Source: a virus (taxonomy: Duplodnaviria > Caudoviricetes). Taken from it: DNA of 40,732 nt. A program made the position numbers and the translations under genes. Positions within the stretch are counted from its first letter, which is position 1. Each line of letters starts with the position of its first letter. A model generated the notes under the pieces. The model did no database searches. It saw only the letters and a list, made by a program, of their open reading frames with translations, and was not told where the DNA came from. The stretch lies in the IMG/VR virus record IMGVR_UViG_3300006867_000025, positions 1 to 40,732 of that record. One strand, written 5' to 3'. Of the stretch, positions 26,501 through 33,960 are shown one piece after another.

Positions 26501-28057
26501 CACGTTCATCGAGTTCAGGTCGATAGCGACCTGCATGACCCGAAAGTACTTCCCGCTGTACCCGGCGCTGTCATAGGTCAGCGAGACCACATCGCCAGGC
26601 ACTAGACCAAAGCACCGGCTACCAAAGGTACCGGCCACCGTGAGGTTCGAGCGGCTATCGCGGACTAGGAACTCTGCCGTGTCCTGAGCCTGGTAGTAGT
26701 CCGTGCAGCCCTTGATAGTGAAGGTCTTGTGTAGCTTCTCGCCCTGGTCCTCAGTGAGATAGGTGTCGTAGAGCCCGTCGTCCTCATTGCTATCGAGGCT
26801 AGGCCAAGATACCTGGTCTGTTTTGTGTTGTTTGTTGGCATTGATGAATTTAATCGTTGCACGGTTCATCCGCTGAGCGCGGTCGCCGTTGCTGATCTTC
26901 AGGCCGGTGATTATGTCGTCATCGCCAATGGTGAGTACCGGGCTAGCAACATCAGCCATATGGACGCGGTACTTGCCGTTGGCGTAGCTCAGGTTGCCTC
27001 GGAAGACGTTAAGGATTTCTTGGATGTTGTCCAGGAGCTCCTTCGAAGGATCAATAGCAATGTTAAGGCGGAAGCGTTTCTGCTGGGCTGTAGAGCCTTG
27101 CTCTCGTCGGTGATTCGGCAGGTCGTCATCTACTTGGACTGTGATCACCTCGCCCGATTCAGCATCGTAGAACTGATAGCTGCTGCCGGTATCGTTGGTC
27201 AGTCGTCCGGGTATATCAACCAACACATCACACTTATCAGCCGAATCAGCGATGCTCGGTAGATCAATGACACTGAGGGCCAGGCCGCGTCCGTACTCTG
27301 AGTTGGTCATGTAGTCCAGGAGCGCGAGCACCGGGTTGTCCGACCACTCCCAGGTGCTGGGGGTGTCGAAGCGGTGGCTCGAGGTGCCCAGCGTTGCGTC
27401 GTACACGCTCGAGGTCGAGTCCTTCCGGGGGTCATAGAGCTTACGGCCCTTGACCAGGTACTTGGTACTAGGCTCGCCCTGGTAAGCAGGCTTGTCGTTG
27501 TCGAGGTAGAGCCGCTCAATGGCATAGGCCACACCCTTACCCGTGAAGGTAGAGCCCCAGGCGCCGAAGTCACTGCTGAACGACGTACGCATCGCGCTGA
27601 AGTTCTGCCCAGCCGTTGGGCCTAGAGAAACAGAAGCAGCGAAGTGCCGGTCGTCGCCCTGCCCAAAGCGCGAGCTCTGGTAGCCCTCGTCGTCGATCAG
27701 GATGTTCTCGACCGACTGGATGGGGCCCGCACAGAGCGACACAGCACGGTACAGGAAGCGATTCGACTTGAGGTCACGGGTGCCATTGATGAGGTCACCA
27801 GTGCCCCTAGAGAACGTCGTAAAGCCCGTCTGGGTCATCCGGGTCTGCTTGTCGGAGACCTTCTTCCAGACCGTGGTGGAGCCAATGAGGGCCTTACCGT
27901 AGACCGTGTAAAGGCCACGGTTGCTGTCATGGCCGCTTATCTGTACTGCCTTCGCTTCTTGCGCTTGCTTCTTAGCCTGCGCTTCCATCTTGCGTTGTTG
28001 GTAGTAGACGCCGGCAGATGCGGCGACGGCGATGACTGCTGCGATAAGAGCCCACAT
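17525..28057 (-). CDS. Giant tail tip/host-specificity protein fused to fibre modules, a LamG domain and a C-terminal peptidase S74 chaperone (3510 aa)
   Basis: N-terminal VKGRKLYDPR..WEWSDNPVLALLDYMTN.YGRG (gpJ-like tip); LamG WHHF...YLDG...EVRAYNRAL; C-terminal SDIRLKENI...GVIAQQVQEVLPE...VRYG plus coiled coil. Confidence 0.88.
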   Translation of the reverse strand: MWALIAAVIAVAASAGVYYQQRKMEAQAKKQAQEAKAVQISGHDSNRGLYTVYGKALIGSTTVWKKVSDKQTRMTQTGFTTFSRGTGDLINGTRDLKSNRFLYRAVSLCAGPIQSVENILIDDEGYQSSRFGQGDDRHFAASVSLGPTAGQNFSAMRTSFSSDFGAWGSTFTGKGVAYAIERLYLDNDKPAYQGEPSTKYLVKGRKLYDPRKDSTSSVYDATLGTSSHRFDTPSTWEWSDNPVLALLDYMTNSEYGRGLALSVIDLPSIADSADKCDVLVDIPGRLTNDTGSSYQFYDAESGEVITVQVDDDLPNHRREQGSTAQQKRFRLNIAIDPSKELLDNIQEILNVFRGNLSYANGKYRVHMADVASPVLTIGDDDIITGLKISNGDRAQRMNRATIKFINANKQHKTDQVSWPSLDSNEDDGLYDTYLTEDQGEKLHKTFTIKGCTDYYQAQDTAEFLVRDSRSNLTVAGTFGSRCFGLVPGDVVSLTYDSAGYSGKYFRVMQVAIDLNSMNVNLQLKEYDSSVYTWNDARGTEPEGLSWQEEVVNAAPITPVIGTLSSTTRTRADGSTALTLTVPFSNIPEQAQYVDVEWGINGTDQYNSQVVFDTENINQVEVPIERDNVTYAVRVRYFITDSAGTLMSSNFATDTITVGTLTGTKLGGIEEGATANNIYQQADEPTGGTYNDGDIWIDTDDGYRMYLRSGGAWVDRADTRIATAITDAAGAQATADGKVVTFFQDAEPADASSSTGDLWIDTNDSNKLYRYNGTSWDSVRDSGIASAISAASTAQSTADGKIVTFYQDDEPADASSSTGDLWFDTNDNNKLYRYNGTDWVSARDSGIAAAISAAAGAQSTADGKVVTFYQDDEPAAASSSTGDLWIDTNDNNKLYRFNGTSWDSVRDAGIASAISSAATAQSTADGKIVTFYQDDEPADASSSTGDLWFDTNDDNKLYRYNGTDWVSARDAGIADALANAATAQSTADGKIVTFYQDGEPAAASSSEGDLWIDTNDSNKLYRFNGTDWVAARDSGIASAISDAATAQATADGKVTTFYAASSATPTPEGTGDLWYQTDTQLFFRYNGSAWQEVASYNTGALADLDTVDTPQIEDNAVDIAKIADTLQSTNYSAGSAGWKLTTDGTFEAGNGTFRGAVTATSGEIGGLTIGSDKIYLGTGTFNNTNTGFYLDDSAQFSLKDKLSFDGTDLTVSGDITAASFTLSSGATLTDSDGQIANVAINLAFPVDGLTYYWPCNSIADTDGDGDEELQEMVSGKTGIHSGSAPTLSTDSPSGNAVVNASGSGWTLLNDTDADALEGANGFAWSIWFKSETTTGESQARIIGRDASDGWALIIDQSGTSQTLTLYGEPGTESMGTVTTNEWHHFCLSEDGNGTISGYLDGELIGTESYTPVDSSRPVVIGCNTEASINTAASVFIGKLTEVRAYNRALTAIEVRALYKVPAGGLPQKIDGDLIVDGTITASQIAANAVTAGKINVSSLADINADAGTISGGSVGGTIITSSKLYQGTGTHNNTNTGFYLDSSGNFSLKDKLSFDGTTLSVDGNVTVDEFVKAGSGSTAAVMSGRAADNFAFWAGADFDANGGASGANAPFRVTRAGKVIMTNFALYSTTGQKLFDSTDGLLGLPSTQVAASTGSLVSSVSDELTGATDYATIQLSSTQTITVDFDYPLNYLFASGSSEANAYGQVATSITVTIQKSTDASTWSTFGAVTFNKTDSSSASTSQYYVQKQTVYLGSEFGGGTLYFASLQPGGAVDDGNVLNGNVSASLATGTHYLRMQVSYGGSGLAASGIPSTTEARSINLTTSGAGFTVDSNGNVSDGVSTSATTGWVTSNFQGKDSSGNVVIAGNLTVNGTTTTLNTATLDVEDKNITLNYGAGDTSASANGAGITIQDAVNASTDASILWDGTSDEFDFSHPVQINRTTAGGELLHLRNSYDGGYRHDLLIENTNDRDAGITIKTTGGQYEMWLDSNGDDSLIFSPGDNSSDIALELYQNKDVDIGGNLDVKQGIKFEPNGYDISADTDGNRTLFTFTRSGSASWQIWHDASQHLNFIPNNTSYKLQWNGERILTTADLSSIDRTILDSTDDIASGTANSPGNGFYAWGSSAPTNAPDDYAWMLDINDGSQPQQWVGAYGGAANRVDLYARRRTGGTWDTTWTKFWNSADFSSTDVSNWGTAYGWGNHASAGYLTSLSFDGLTSKTGGTGDYKTTGKFRSSDNIVSGEGSGGVALTVNDSKGNANVTFNHADGIPEQNGNAARIEVNTDSSTGATMYFELKSGVTDGVSVDLTNIFHIDENGLDMDSGKGIKINGTEVISSSRDLTPANITATGSISGGGKIKTQHDRSDSYSDTPSWTEQDWDTLVLYNGNSTTSADQMSSIFMRADGGGSASSRIVLRNDNSGNGRLYFMMRSGAHTDVQQPKMLITDDGYVTISDNATTYNERLFVDGTLRAEDGIKIGATQIIDSSRNLTSIGTISSGAITSSGRVYGTEFDLPSGGMLDWANGDARIVEGLVNNYSLSFQTYDGSNVTTALRLDGDNTATFAGAITSTAGTADSSPNILRILSATESNTGQGDVYSGIEFGVVGAENSSGALTNGVNAAIKSIDTRSGETSFEDAGLGFYTTDSEGGPTLRMIITDDGGVHVSNDGNIDSVAAGNLNVDGNVYGNQLYAGGSRIANSSGYLTATVVVADDVDFVVSDSTDAITNIIWRDHSAQKLYLGTPYAEVELRSDLNLQSGLGIKINGTEVISSARDLTPANITTTGDITLGSGATLIRSTHQSGHLEGGYNNIGNNKAKSNPIYTIGSSYNPAEDTLSSMYGIGYAKQGDATYLSSVGSAGWGMYVAANGSATVFLNGDTGQVASTGGYVVGTTTVIDASRNLSAIGTITASGLITTSNSLHVGSGYNLSWGGAYTDGKPTIAANSNTIYFYPTGNVSGQRLYLTAAGLINAGTFTSGAITTSGNLTATGATIGGNQTGTTLTIEASDTAGAPATTTQIQMIGYEGRGIGTFYEDVSYSGKEWFAGMQYNGGFDAFVIGYSASGGQAEYGSNAIARFRGDGSFEIGTTKIIDASRNLTNIGTISSGAITSATTNDDAAFFTSSHATTTNFYIRNSNATTGNTANLYFAPANNVAGSYIRTQATEDFSVSANRSAKMVLAVRENGTWREPITINPDESVQFTGTISSGVISVEGASGGQNLSYASNFAAASASIQLTLERTTDSVGWGAIGADSTYCFAAWTSTPARRFSVTHGGVANATAGYQVNGTDVINSARTLTVNGGNHNISGGTTTFNVGRGDVLFENNSNSNASGAGITLRTALNPSGDGSIFDVRSSGQAIRLFVGQDLTSSGYNPFYVGLNSSTSGQGTASNYAIELATNGNIIAEGNVTAYGSASDIRLKENIEPITDALGKVKRLDGVTFNYKKDGSRSTGVIAQQVQEVLPEVIYESAEVGKSENGEKFLAVRYGQMMGLAIEAIKELSAEVDSLKVKLKELEDGNH
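24790..26040 (-). repeat. 63-aa (189-bp) tandem repeat in the tail protein: 5 near-identical and 2 divergent units
   Basis: ADGK(I/V)VTFYQDDEPADASSSTGDLW.DTND.NKLYRYNGT.W; ADG codons spaced 189 bp apart (25851, 25662, 25473, 25284, 25095, 24906). Confidence 0.9.
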
Positions 28058-28059
28058 AT

Positions 28060-28629
28060 TTAGCTACCCCACTTGAGCGGTATGTCTTCCTGGTGGCTGT
28101 ACTTGAAGAAGTCGTCCCCAGGGTAATATTCCTGCTGACTAGCAGAGTTGGTGAAGCGGCCATTGGTGACCTCGAAGGAGGCCCAGTGGCTGGTGAGCTT
28201 CACGCTGAACTCACTAGTCGTCTTTGTTTCTGTTAAGTCCCAGGTGTCGATGACCCCGGTGTAGAGCTCGAGGACGCTTCCCGAGTCCAGGAGCTCGTAG
28301 TTGTCATCCAGGAACGCCAGGTAAAGCGTGCCGGTCTGGCCGACGTACCTGGCATAGTCAGCTCCTGAATTGGTGTACTCCTGGTAGGCCGAGCGATCAG
28401 CTCCCGCAAACGTGAGCGTGTAGCTGTTGGCTGCAATCTCAGTTGTGCGGTTGATGTTGCTGGTCTTGAGAATGATCTCGCCCGACGTAGCGTAGGTGGT
28501 GCTGTTGTAGGTGATGGGCTTGTGATTGTCCGTCACCTTGAAGCCAGTTCCAGGAAGATGCACCAGCAGTGCAGTCCTGTAGCTGGAAGACGCAAGCGCC
28601 GTACTGACGCTACTCGGGATCGTGATCAT
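28060..28629 (-). CDS. Minor tail / baseplate hub-like protein (DUF2163-like)
   Basis: Between TMP and tail tip; LYTGVID, SHWASFE..NGRFTN.ASQQ..YPGD.FF, LKWG. Confidence 0.7.
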   Translation of the reverse strand: MITIPSSVSTALASSSYRTALLVHLPGTGFKVTDNHKPITYNSTTYATSGEIILKTSNINRTTEIAANSYTLTFAGADRSAYQEYTNSGADYARYVGQTGTLYLAFLDDNYELLDSGSVLELYTGVIDTWDLTETKTTSEFSVKLTSHWASFEVTNGRFTNSASQQEYYPGDDFFKYSHQEDIPLKWGS

Positions 28630-28638
28630 TTAAACCTC

Positions 28639-30930
28639 CTAGAACGGTGCCAGACGCACGTTCTCTGCACTGATAGACCTAATCATGGCCTCAAGTTCAC
28701 CCCGGCGAGAAGCCAAAGCGTTGACGACTAGATCAGGGTCCGACACCCCATTGACCTGGAGCGTGACGTTTTGCGGTCCTTCCATTTTACCGGCGTTGTT
28801 GCGGTCAGCTAGGAATTGAGTCAGGTCGCGGTTAGCTCGAGTGCTTAGAACCCGCTCGCCTTTCTCGAGCATGTAGGTACCCGTGCTGGGTAGGCTGTCC
28901 ATGCCATCGTGTGCCTGGCCCTTCATGATGTCCCGAATGATCAGACCAGTCTGAGCAGTCGTAAGCAGAACACCGGGAAGGTTTGCCGGGAATGGAGCTG
29001 AGTTCCACGCCTTCAGGATGGCAGCCTTACCGTTCATGATGGCTTCTTTGAGAAGCAGAGCTCGACGGAGTGCAGCCAGCTTTTTGGACTTCTCAGCCCC
29101 AGCAGCCAGAACATCGTCGAGGGTCTTATACTTCTCCTTCAGCGTATCAATGGTGGCGCCTGCTCCCGTCTTCAGGCTTTGCCAAGCCTCTCCGAACTTC
29201 TCGAGAGCTAGCTTCCAGCGCTCAGCCCAGGTCAAAGGATCACTCGAGCCTTCGTCAGGAGACCCAGCGCCAGCAGCAGCAGCGTCAGGGTCGATCTCAC
29301 CTTTGACAACTTTCCAGAACTGAGCGATTTGCGGGAAGGTCTCCGCCATCTTGGTGATGATCCCGTCAACCGCGCTGGTAAAGCCCGCACTCAAGCCCTC
29401 GAAGAGCTGCCCACTCATGCTGCCCTCGGGATCAATACCCAAGGACGACATCATCTCCGCAACTTTCGCTTTAATAGCCGTTATCGGGTTTGCGCCATCC
29501 TGCTCGCTGTCCCAGGTGAAACGGAGCGCATTCATGGACGCCGCATTCATCCGGTCAGTTGCGCTCTTTACAAGAGCCTCAGCAGTCGACAGACGACCCT
29601 CGAGCGTTGTTACGCCCTCAGAGGGCATCAGAGCATCAGCCAGGCTATTAGCGCCCAGGGAGCGCAGCGTGTCAGCAACGTCGGTACGAATTCGAGCAAA
29701 GAACAACTTACTCTTTACAATGATCTCTTCGAACTTGGCCTTTAGGGTATCGAAGGCGGCGACAGCGACCTCTTTAAAGTGGCCCCAAATCTTCATGCCG
29801 TTTTCGATGACCTTGAACTTCTCCTGTAGGTAAAGCAACGCAGCGCCGAACGCGAATACGGCAGCGATGATTGCGCCAATTGGGTTGGCTAGCATCGCAA
29901 CGCCAAACCGAATTATTGCTTTTGTTGCTACAACCATAGAGGCGACAAAGCCTCTGACAAGGAACGAGGCCAAGCCCCAGACTGCTTTAAAGAACCCATA
30001 GGTAGTGGAGACTGTTGCTGCTATGGAGACAGCAATCCAGCTCAAGAACCCCCGGACTACCTGGGTGAGTAGTATCGTAGCGAGAGAGCCCGCAGCTAGA
30101 ACAACTAGGTGTACGTTCTCAGCCAGTACTGCCATTACACCTGCAAGCTTGTTGGTAACGCCATAGGTCTGGTTGACCCGGTCGACCATTTCGGTGAATG
30201 CGTTGCTGAACAGTACTCGCGCCTGGCCGAGCGTCACATCCATCTTGCCTACGGCGGCGTTCGTCTCCTCGAGGCGGTCAATCAGCAGAGGCATGATCCG
30301 CTCTGCCGTTAGGCCACCTTCCTGGGAGAAGAGCCTGAGCTCACCGACCGTCATGTTCAGGCCTTCCGCCAGCATGTTGGTGAGCACTACGTTGTTCTCG
30401 GACACCGAGCGGAATTCATCCCCACGGAGCGTCCCGGAAGCCAAGCCCTGCGCGAACTGACGCGCCGAGTTTGCTGCTTCTGATGCTGTTGTTCCTGACA
30501 TGAGGAACGAGTTGGTGACCACCTGGGTCACAGCCGCCACGTCCTCCTGGCTGGTGCCCAGATGCTCTGTGCTCACGGCGATACGTTGGTAGAGCGTACC
30601 CACAGCCGAAATATCAGCACGCGACTCTCGAGCTATTCGCTTGATGTCGAGCATACCTCGAGCAACATCCTCAGAAGCATCGAAGGTAGCGTTCATTTTG
30701 TTGCGGAGGTTGACCATCTCATCCGCTGCTTCCGTCAGGGCAGCGACTCCAAAACCGCTGGCGATGGTTACACCGAGCTGTCCCAGTTGGTTCTGGAACT
30801 GCATCGATGCGCGACGCATGTTGTTAGCCATTTTTTTGAAACGGCGGTCAACCTGATCAATGTCCTTACGAAAAGCCGCCGAGTTCATTCTGAGTCGAAC
30901 GGCTAGCGTTCTTAAAACAGCAGTAGCCAT
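28639..30930 (-). CDS. Tape measure protein
   Basis: LAVRLRMNSAAF N-terminus, SGTTASEAANSARQFAQGLASGTLRGDEFRSV domain, AHDGMDSLPSTGTYMLEKGERV C-terminus. Confidence 0.93.
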   Translation of the reverse strand: MATAVLRTLAVRLRMNSAAFRKDIDQVDRRFKKMANNMRRASMQFQNQLGQLGVTIASGFGVAALTEAADEMVNLRNKMNATFDASEDVARGMLDIKRIARESRADISAVGTLYQRIAVSTEHLGTSQEDVAAVTQVVTNSFLMSGTTASEAANSARQFAQGLASGTLRGDEFRSVSENNVVLTNMLAEGLNMTVGELRLFSQEGGLTAERIMPLLIDRLEETNAAVGKMDVTLGQARVLFSNAFTEMVDRVNQTYGVTNKLAGVMAVLAENVHLVVLAAGSLATILLTQVVRGFLSWIAVSIAATVSTTYGFFKAVWGLASFLVRGFVASMVVATKAIIRFGVAMLANPIGAIIAAVFAFGAALLYLQEKFKVIENGMKIWGHFKEVAVAAFDTLKAKFEEIIVKSKLFFARIRTDVADTLRSLGANSLADALMPSEGVTTLEGRLSTAEALVKSATDRMNAASMNALRFTWDSEQDGANPITAIKAKVAEMMSSLGIDPEGSMSGQLFEGLSAGFTSAVDGIITKMAETFPQIAQFWKVVKGEIDPDAAAAGAGSPDEGSSDPLTWAERWKLALEKFGEAWQSLKTGAGATIDTLKEKYKTLDDVLAAGAEKSKKLAALRRALLLKEAIMNGKAAILKAWNSAPFPANLPGVLLTTAQTGLIIRDIMKGQAHDGMDSLPSTGTYMLEKGERVLSTRANRDLTQFLADRNNAGKMEGPQNVTLQVNGVSDPDLVVNALASRRGELEAMIRSISAENVRLAPF

Positions 30931-30940
30931 AATGATTACC

Positions 30941-31441
30941 TCACGGCAGCTTCCATCTGATGATTCGATTGTTTAGCGCACGGCGCAGCCGATCAGCGAG
31001 GATTATTTCCTCACCGTCGAAGGCTGGGCGCATAAACGGCCTTTCTTGGGTTGGGCCAAAGGCTGAGTCTGTGGTCCCGAACTCGTTTTGCAGGGCGTAG
31101 GCGGGCTTACGATTACCTTTGTTAGCTCCACGTTTGTAGGAGCCTCGCTTATCAGTACCTGCGCGAACGTCACAGACCAGGTCTTGAGGCTTAACGTGTC
31201 CATGCGTGATGCGAACTGAGTTGAGTAGCGAACTGGTGTCGACCATGTCCCAACGTCTGATGTTGTTCTTCACGTTGACCATGACAGGCCTCATCGCGGA
31301 TTCCATAGCTTCTTTGCCCTGCTGCGTCCGCGTTTCCTTCTCCATGCGAAGCAGTTCCTTCTCGATTTCCTTTAAGCCTTCAACTTCAAAGACGTTGTAA
31401 ATACCGCCGTTTCTATGAACGACCTTGAAATCATTTGCCAT
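30941..31441 (-). CDS. HK97 gp10-like tail completion protein
   Basis: VEGLKEIEKEL, DTSSLLNSV, YALQNEFGT...ERPFMRPAFD; start trimmed to ATG 31441. Confidence 0.8.
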   Translation of the reverse strand: MANDFKVVHRNGGIYNVFEVEGLKEIEKELLRMEKETRTQQGKEAMESAMRPVMVNVKNNIRRWDMVDTSSLLNSVRITHGHVKPQDLVCDVRAGTDKRGSYKRGANKGNRKPAYALQNEFGTTDSAFGPTQERPFMRPAFDGEEIILADRLRRALNNRIIRWKLP

Positions 31442-31760
31442 TTTGGAACTCCGCGATTCGCTTGAAGATGTTGATCTGCTGCTCGTTAGACTGCCTCCTG
31501 TTGCTGTGGCGGCTATACAGCGGGAAGAAGTCGGAGGCCTGTGCAGGCTTTCCGCCTTTCTTCCCACCGTTGACGTTCACTAGCGTCGCCGTGATCACAC
31601 CAGCCCGGTAGTCTTCTCGAACTGAACCCCAGGGCTCGAGGCCAAAGAAGACCATCCACTCCTGGAGCTCGGACGCCTGCATCTGCGTCTCGAGCTGCCT
31701 GACTGTCATGCCCAGTGCGAGCGCTAAGCGGAACTTAAAGCGCCTGACTGGGCACTTCAG
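31431..31760 (-). CDS. Tail assembly chaperone, frameshifted (gpT-like) portion
   Basis: Open -1 frame from the slippery site through RLALALGMTVRQL..M.ASEL.EWMVFF.LEPWG. Confidence 0.8.
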   Translation of the reverse strand: MKCPVRRFKFRLALALGMTVRQLETQMQASELQEWMVFFGLEPWGSVREDYRAGVITATLVNVNGGKKGGKPAQASDFFPLYSRHSNRRQSNEQQINIFKRIAEFQNGK

Positions 31761-32095
31761 TTTCCCTCAGCGATACCTAGGTCGTTGTCGGTCATACCCG
31801 ACAGCTTGCGGACCTCTTCGAAGAGACGGTTGATGATGTTGCCGTTCTTCTTGCCGAGCTCCTTTGCTTCGCTCGACTTGAACAGACGTTCCCCGTTCTC
31901 ATCGACCAGGCAGTTGACGACGAGTCGAGCTCGCATGTTGGTAAGGTCTTGGGTCACACCCAGGGACGCCTCGAACTCGTCACGCTCTGCAGCTGACAGA
32001 CCTCGAAGACGAACTGAGCCACCCCACTCAGGAACATCGACCTCAACAAAGTTAAAGTCGGTGGCCCCTAGAATTTGGTCACGGTTAAGAATCAT
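31757..32095 (-). CDS. Tail assembly chaperone (gpG-like)
   Basis: VEVDVPEWGGSVRLRGLSAAERDEFE..LVDENGERLF; AGGAGGAG RBS; ends EGN. Confidence 0.85.
   Translation of the reverse strand: MILNRDQILGATDFNFVEVDVPEWGGSVRLRGLSAAERDEFEASLGVTQDLTNMRARLVVNCLVDENGERLFKSSEAKELGKKNGNIINRLFEEVRKLSGMTDNDLGIAEGN
31760..31766 (-). other. -1 programmed ribosomal frameshift site G GGA AAC
   Basis: X XXY YYZ heptamer immediately before the gpG stop; a -1 shift joins the downstream ORF in frame, as in lambda G/GT. Confidence 0.85.
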
Positions 32096-32112
32096 GGTTT
32101 CTCCTCCTGGCG

Positions 32113-32146
32113 AAAAAAAACGAGACACCCCCGAAGGGATGCCTCG
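32113..32146 (-). terminator. Intrinsic terminator after the major tail gene
   Basis: CGAGGCATCCC-TTCG-GGGGTGTCTCG followed by T8. Confidence 0.9.
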
Positions 32147-32152
32147 CTATCG

Positions 32153-32626
32153 TTAGCTACCGAGCGTGCCGTCGGTATCAAACGTCACTGCACCGTCAAT
32201 GTTGATGCTGACGTTAACCGTCACAACATCTTCCAGAGGCTGCGAAATGCTGTAGCTCTGGACGAAGCCTGCGAATTCGCAAGCTGCAACATTGCCGCTG
32301 GCGTCTGTCCAAACGATCACAAAGTAGACCTTCGCGCCGCTCGAATAGGACGACTGCATCAGTGCGTGGGTTGCTTGAGTGGAAGAGTCAGGAACCCAGT
32401 TGAGAGCGATATCAATCGTCCCACTGTCTTTCTGACCCACTAGTTTGCTTTTGTACGCCGAGCCGTATTTGCTGACCTCGATGATGTTCGCAGAGAGCTC
32501 CATGTCTCCTACGTTTTGAACCTCACCGACGAGGTCACCAGCGGCAAGCGTAGCCAGGGTGTGGCTGCTGCTCTTGGCGTACAGCTTCGTTTCTTGCCCG
32601 GTAAAGGGCGCCGAAATAGCTGCCAT
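32153..32626 (-). CDS. Major tail (tube) protein
   Basis: VGEVQNVG.MELSA..IEV, GQKDSGTI.I.LNW, F.GFV; position; followed by a terminator. Confidence 0.85.
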   Translation of the reverse strand: MAAISAPFTGQETKLYAKSSSHTLATLAAGDLVGEVQNVGDMELSANIIEVSKYGSAYKSKLVGQKDSGTIDIALNWVPDSSTQATHALMQSSYSSGAKVYFVIVWTDASGNVAACEFAGFVQSYSISQPLEDVVTVNVSINIDGAVTFDTDGTLGS

Positions 32627-32630
32627 GTTG

Positions 32631-33023
32631 TTAGCTCTCCTTGACGAGTAAGACTAAATCTAAGGTTGATGAGTAAAGCTGAAGGGTTTCTTCAAAATCA
32701 TTGACGATGTTGTAGATGCGACAGCCTTGAATAAGGTCGCCACTCTGTTCAGCGGTAAGTCCATTGAAAAGCGCGACGAGTGCTTGAGTGATCTCACGCA
32801 TCTCGCTGTACTTTTCAGCGAACACAGTCAGGTCGACTTGGTAGCGTCTCAGAGCCGAAACACCCCCGGCAGTAAGGCTCTCGATGCCATCCATCACCCG
32901 ATAGACAATGGCTGGCTTCGTTACCTCCTGGGGAAGACGTTGAGGGTACACCGCGTTGGAAGCGATGAGAGACGTGACCGAGCTTTCGGCCAGGATCAAA
33001 GAGCGGAGGGATTGGTCGATCAT
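32631..33023 (-). CDS. Tail terminator/completion protein (DUF3168-like)
   Basis: VYPQRLPQ...PAIVY, YQVD..A; start ATG 33023 overlaps the upstream stop. Confidence 0.75.
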   Translation of the reverse strand: MIDQSLRSLILAESSVTSLIASNAVYPQRLPQEVTKPAIVYRVMDGIESLTAGGVSALRRYQVDLTVFAEKYSEMREITQALVALFNGLTAEQSGDLIQGCRIYNIVNDFEETLQLYSSTLDLVLLVKES

Positions 33024-33349
33024 CGCACGTCCTCCGCATATATAACGACGGCTGTGCGTTTTCCAGTTGGGTCTGCACTCGACAGAACCTCTAGGCGTCG
33101 ACCCGCCACGTCGATTTGGGCTCCTGGGTTGAGTAGCTCGAGGTCTTCGCTGTAGCGGAACTGCAGCTCGAACTCGATACGGCTCATCAACTGACCATTT
33201 TCTGCACGCTCCCGAAAGGTGCGTTGTTTGATGCTGCACTTGTGGGTAACAGCCTCAGCAGTCATGGTGTGATCGAGAGCCCCGTAAGCATCGGGAGTCG
33301 ATGAACGCTGGTAAATTGTTGCTGTGTGTCTGAGCGATCCAGCTCGCAT
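33020..33349 (-). CDS. Head-tail adaptor / head closure protein
   Basis: MRAGSLRH..TI, D.YG, FRY; position. Confidence 0.85.
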   Translation of the reverse strand: MRAGSLRHTATIYQRSSTPDAYGALDHTMTAEAVTHKCSIKQRTFRERAENGQLMSRIEFELQFRYSEDLELLNPGAQIDVAGRRLEVLSSADPTGKRTAVVIYAEDVR

Positions 33350-33358
33350 AAGCCCTCC

Positions 33359-33937
33359 TTACGCTACGCGTAATTTGTAGGGCGTGAGCAGATCGTCAGC
33401 AGCTTTAGGGGCTTTCACAAGCGCCAAACCAGCATTATCGATGACCCCGTCCTCACGGTACTCATAGACTGATCCGACCAACAGGAGGATGGCTTGCTTA
33501 ACAGAAGCAGGCACATCTACTGAACCATCGAGAGCGTAAGTCACAGCAATATGCTTGGGCTCGTTAGCGACATCGGTCGGCCATACCTGGCCCATTGCTG
33601 GGAAAAGGTAGGCTCTATCTGAAGCACCCACTAAACGGTAGGCACTACCCGACAGCGTTTGCTGTGAGTAGTCCCCATCGTAATAGGTGACAGAGGTGAT
33701 GCTGCTGATGTTGCCTCCCGGCAAGTAGAGCCCAAGCTTGCTGCGCTCAGCTCCAGCGGGAAACGCATCGAAGTAAACCGTCTTCGATCCTGTAGTCCAG
33801 GACCGATTGGTGAACGACTCCGCGTATTCCGTAGCGACAGAAATCATACGCGTGATCTCTGCCTGCTCATCGCTGTCAATGGTGCTAGGCAGACGCAGGT
33901 GAATCCGCGCTTCTGCAAGTGTCACTGGGTCTGCCAT
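33359..33937 (-). CDS. Head-tail connector (HK97 gp6-like, long form)
   Basis: PVTLAEARIHLR, A.EYAESFTNR, VPASVKQAILLLVG..YEYRE, LL.PYK. Confidence 0.88.
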   Translation of the reverse strand: MADPVTLAEARIHLRLPSTIDSDEQAEITRMISVATEYAESFTNRSWTTGSKTVYFDAFPAGAERSKLGLYLPGGNISSITSVTYYDGDYSQQTLSGSAYRLVGASDRAYLFPAMGQVWPTDVANEPKHIAVTYALDGSVDVPASVKQAILLLVGSVYEYREDGVIDNAGLALVKAPKAADDLLTPYKLRVA

Positions 33938-33960
33938 AGCGTTCTCCTTCAGTCAGTTAC

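Noticed and set aside
17525-28057. Diversity-generating retroelement or invertase shufflon acting on the fibre
   Set aside because: No reverse transcriptase, no adenine-specific TR/VR pair, no invertase and no inverted cassettes seen; repeat differences look mostly synonymous.
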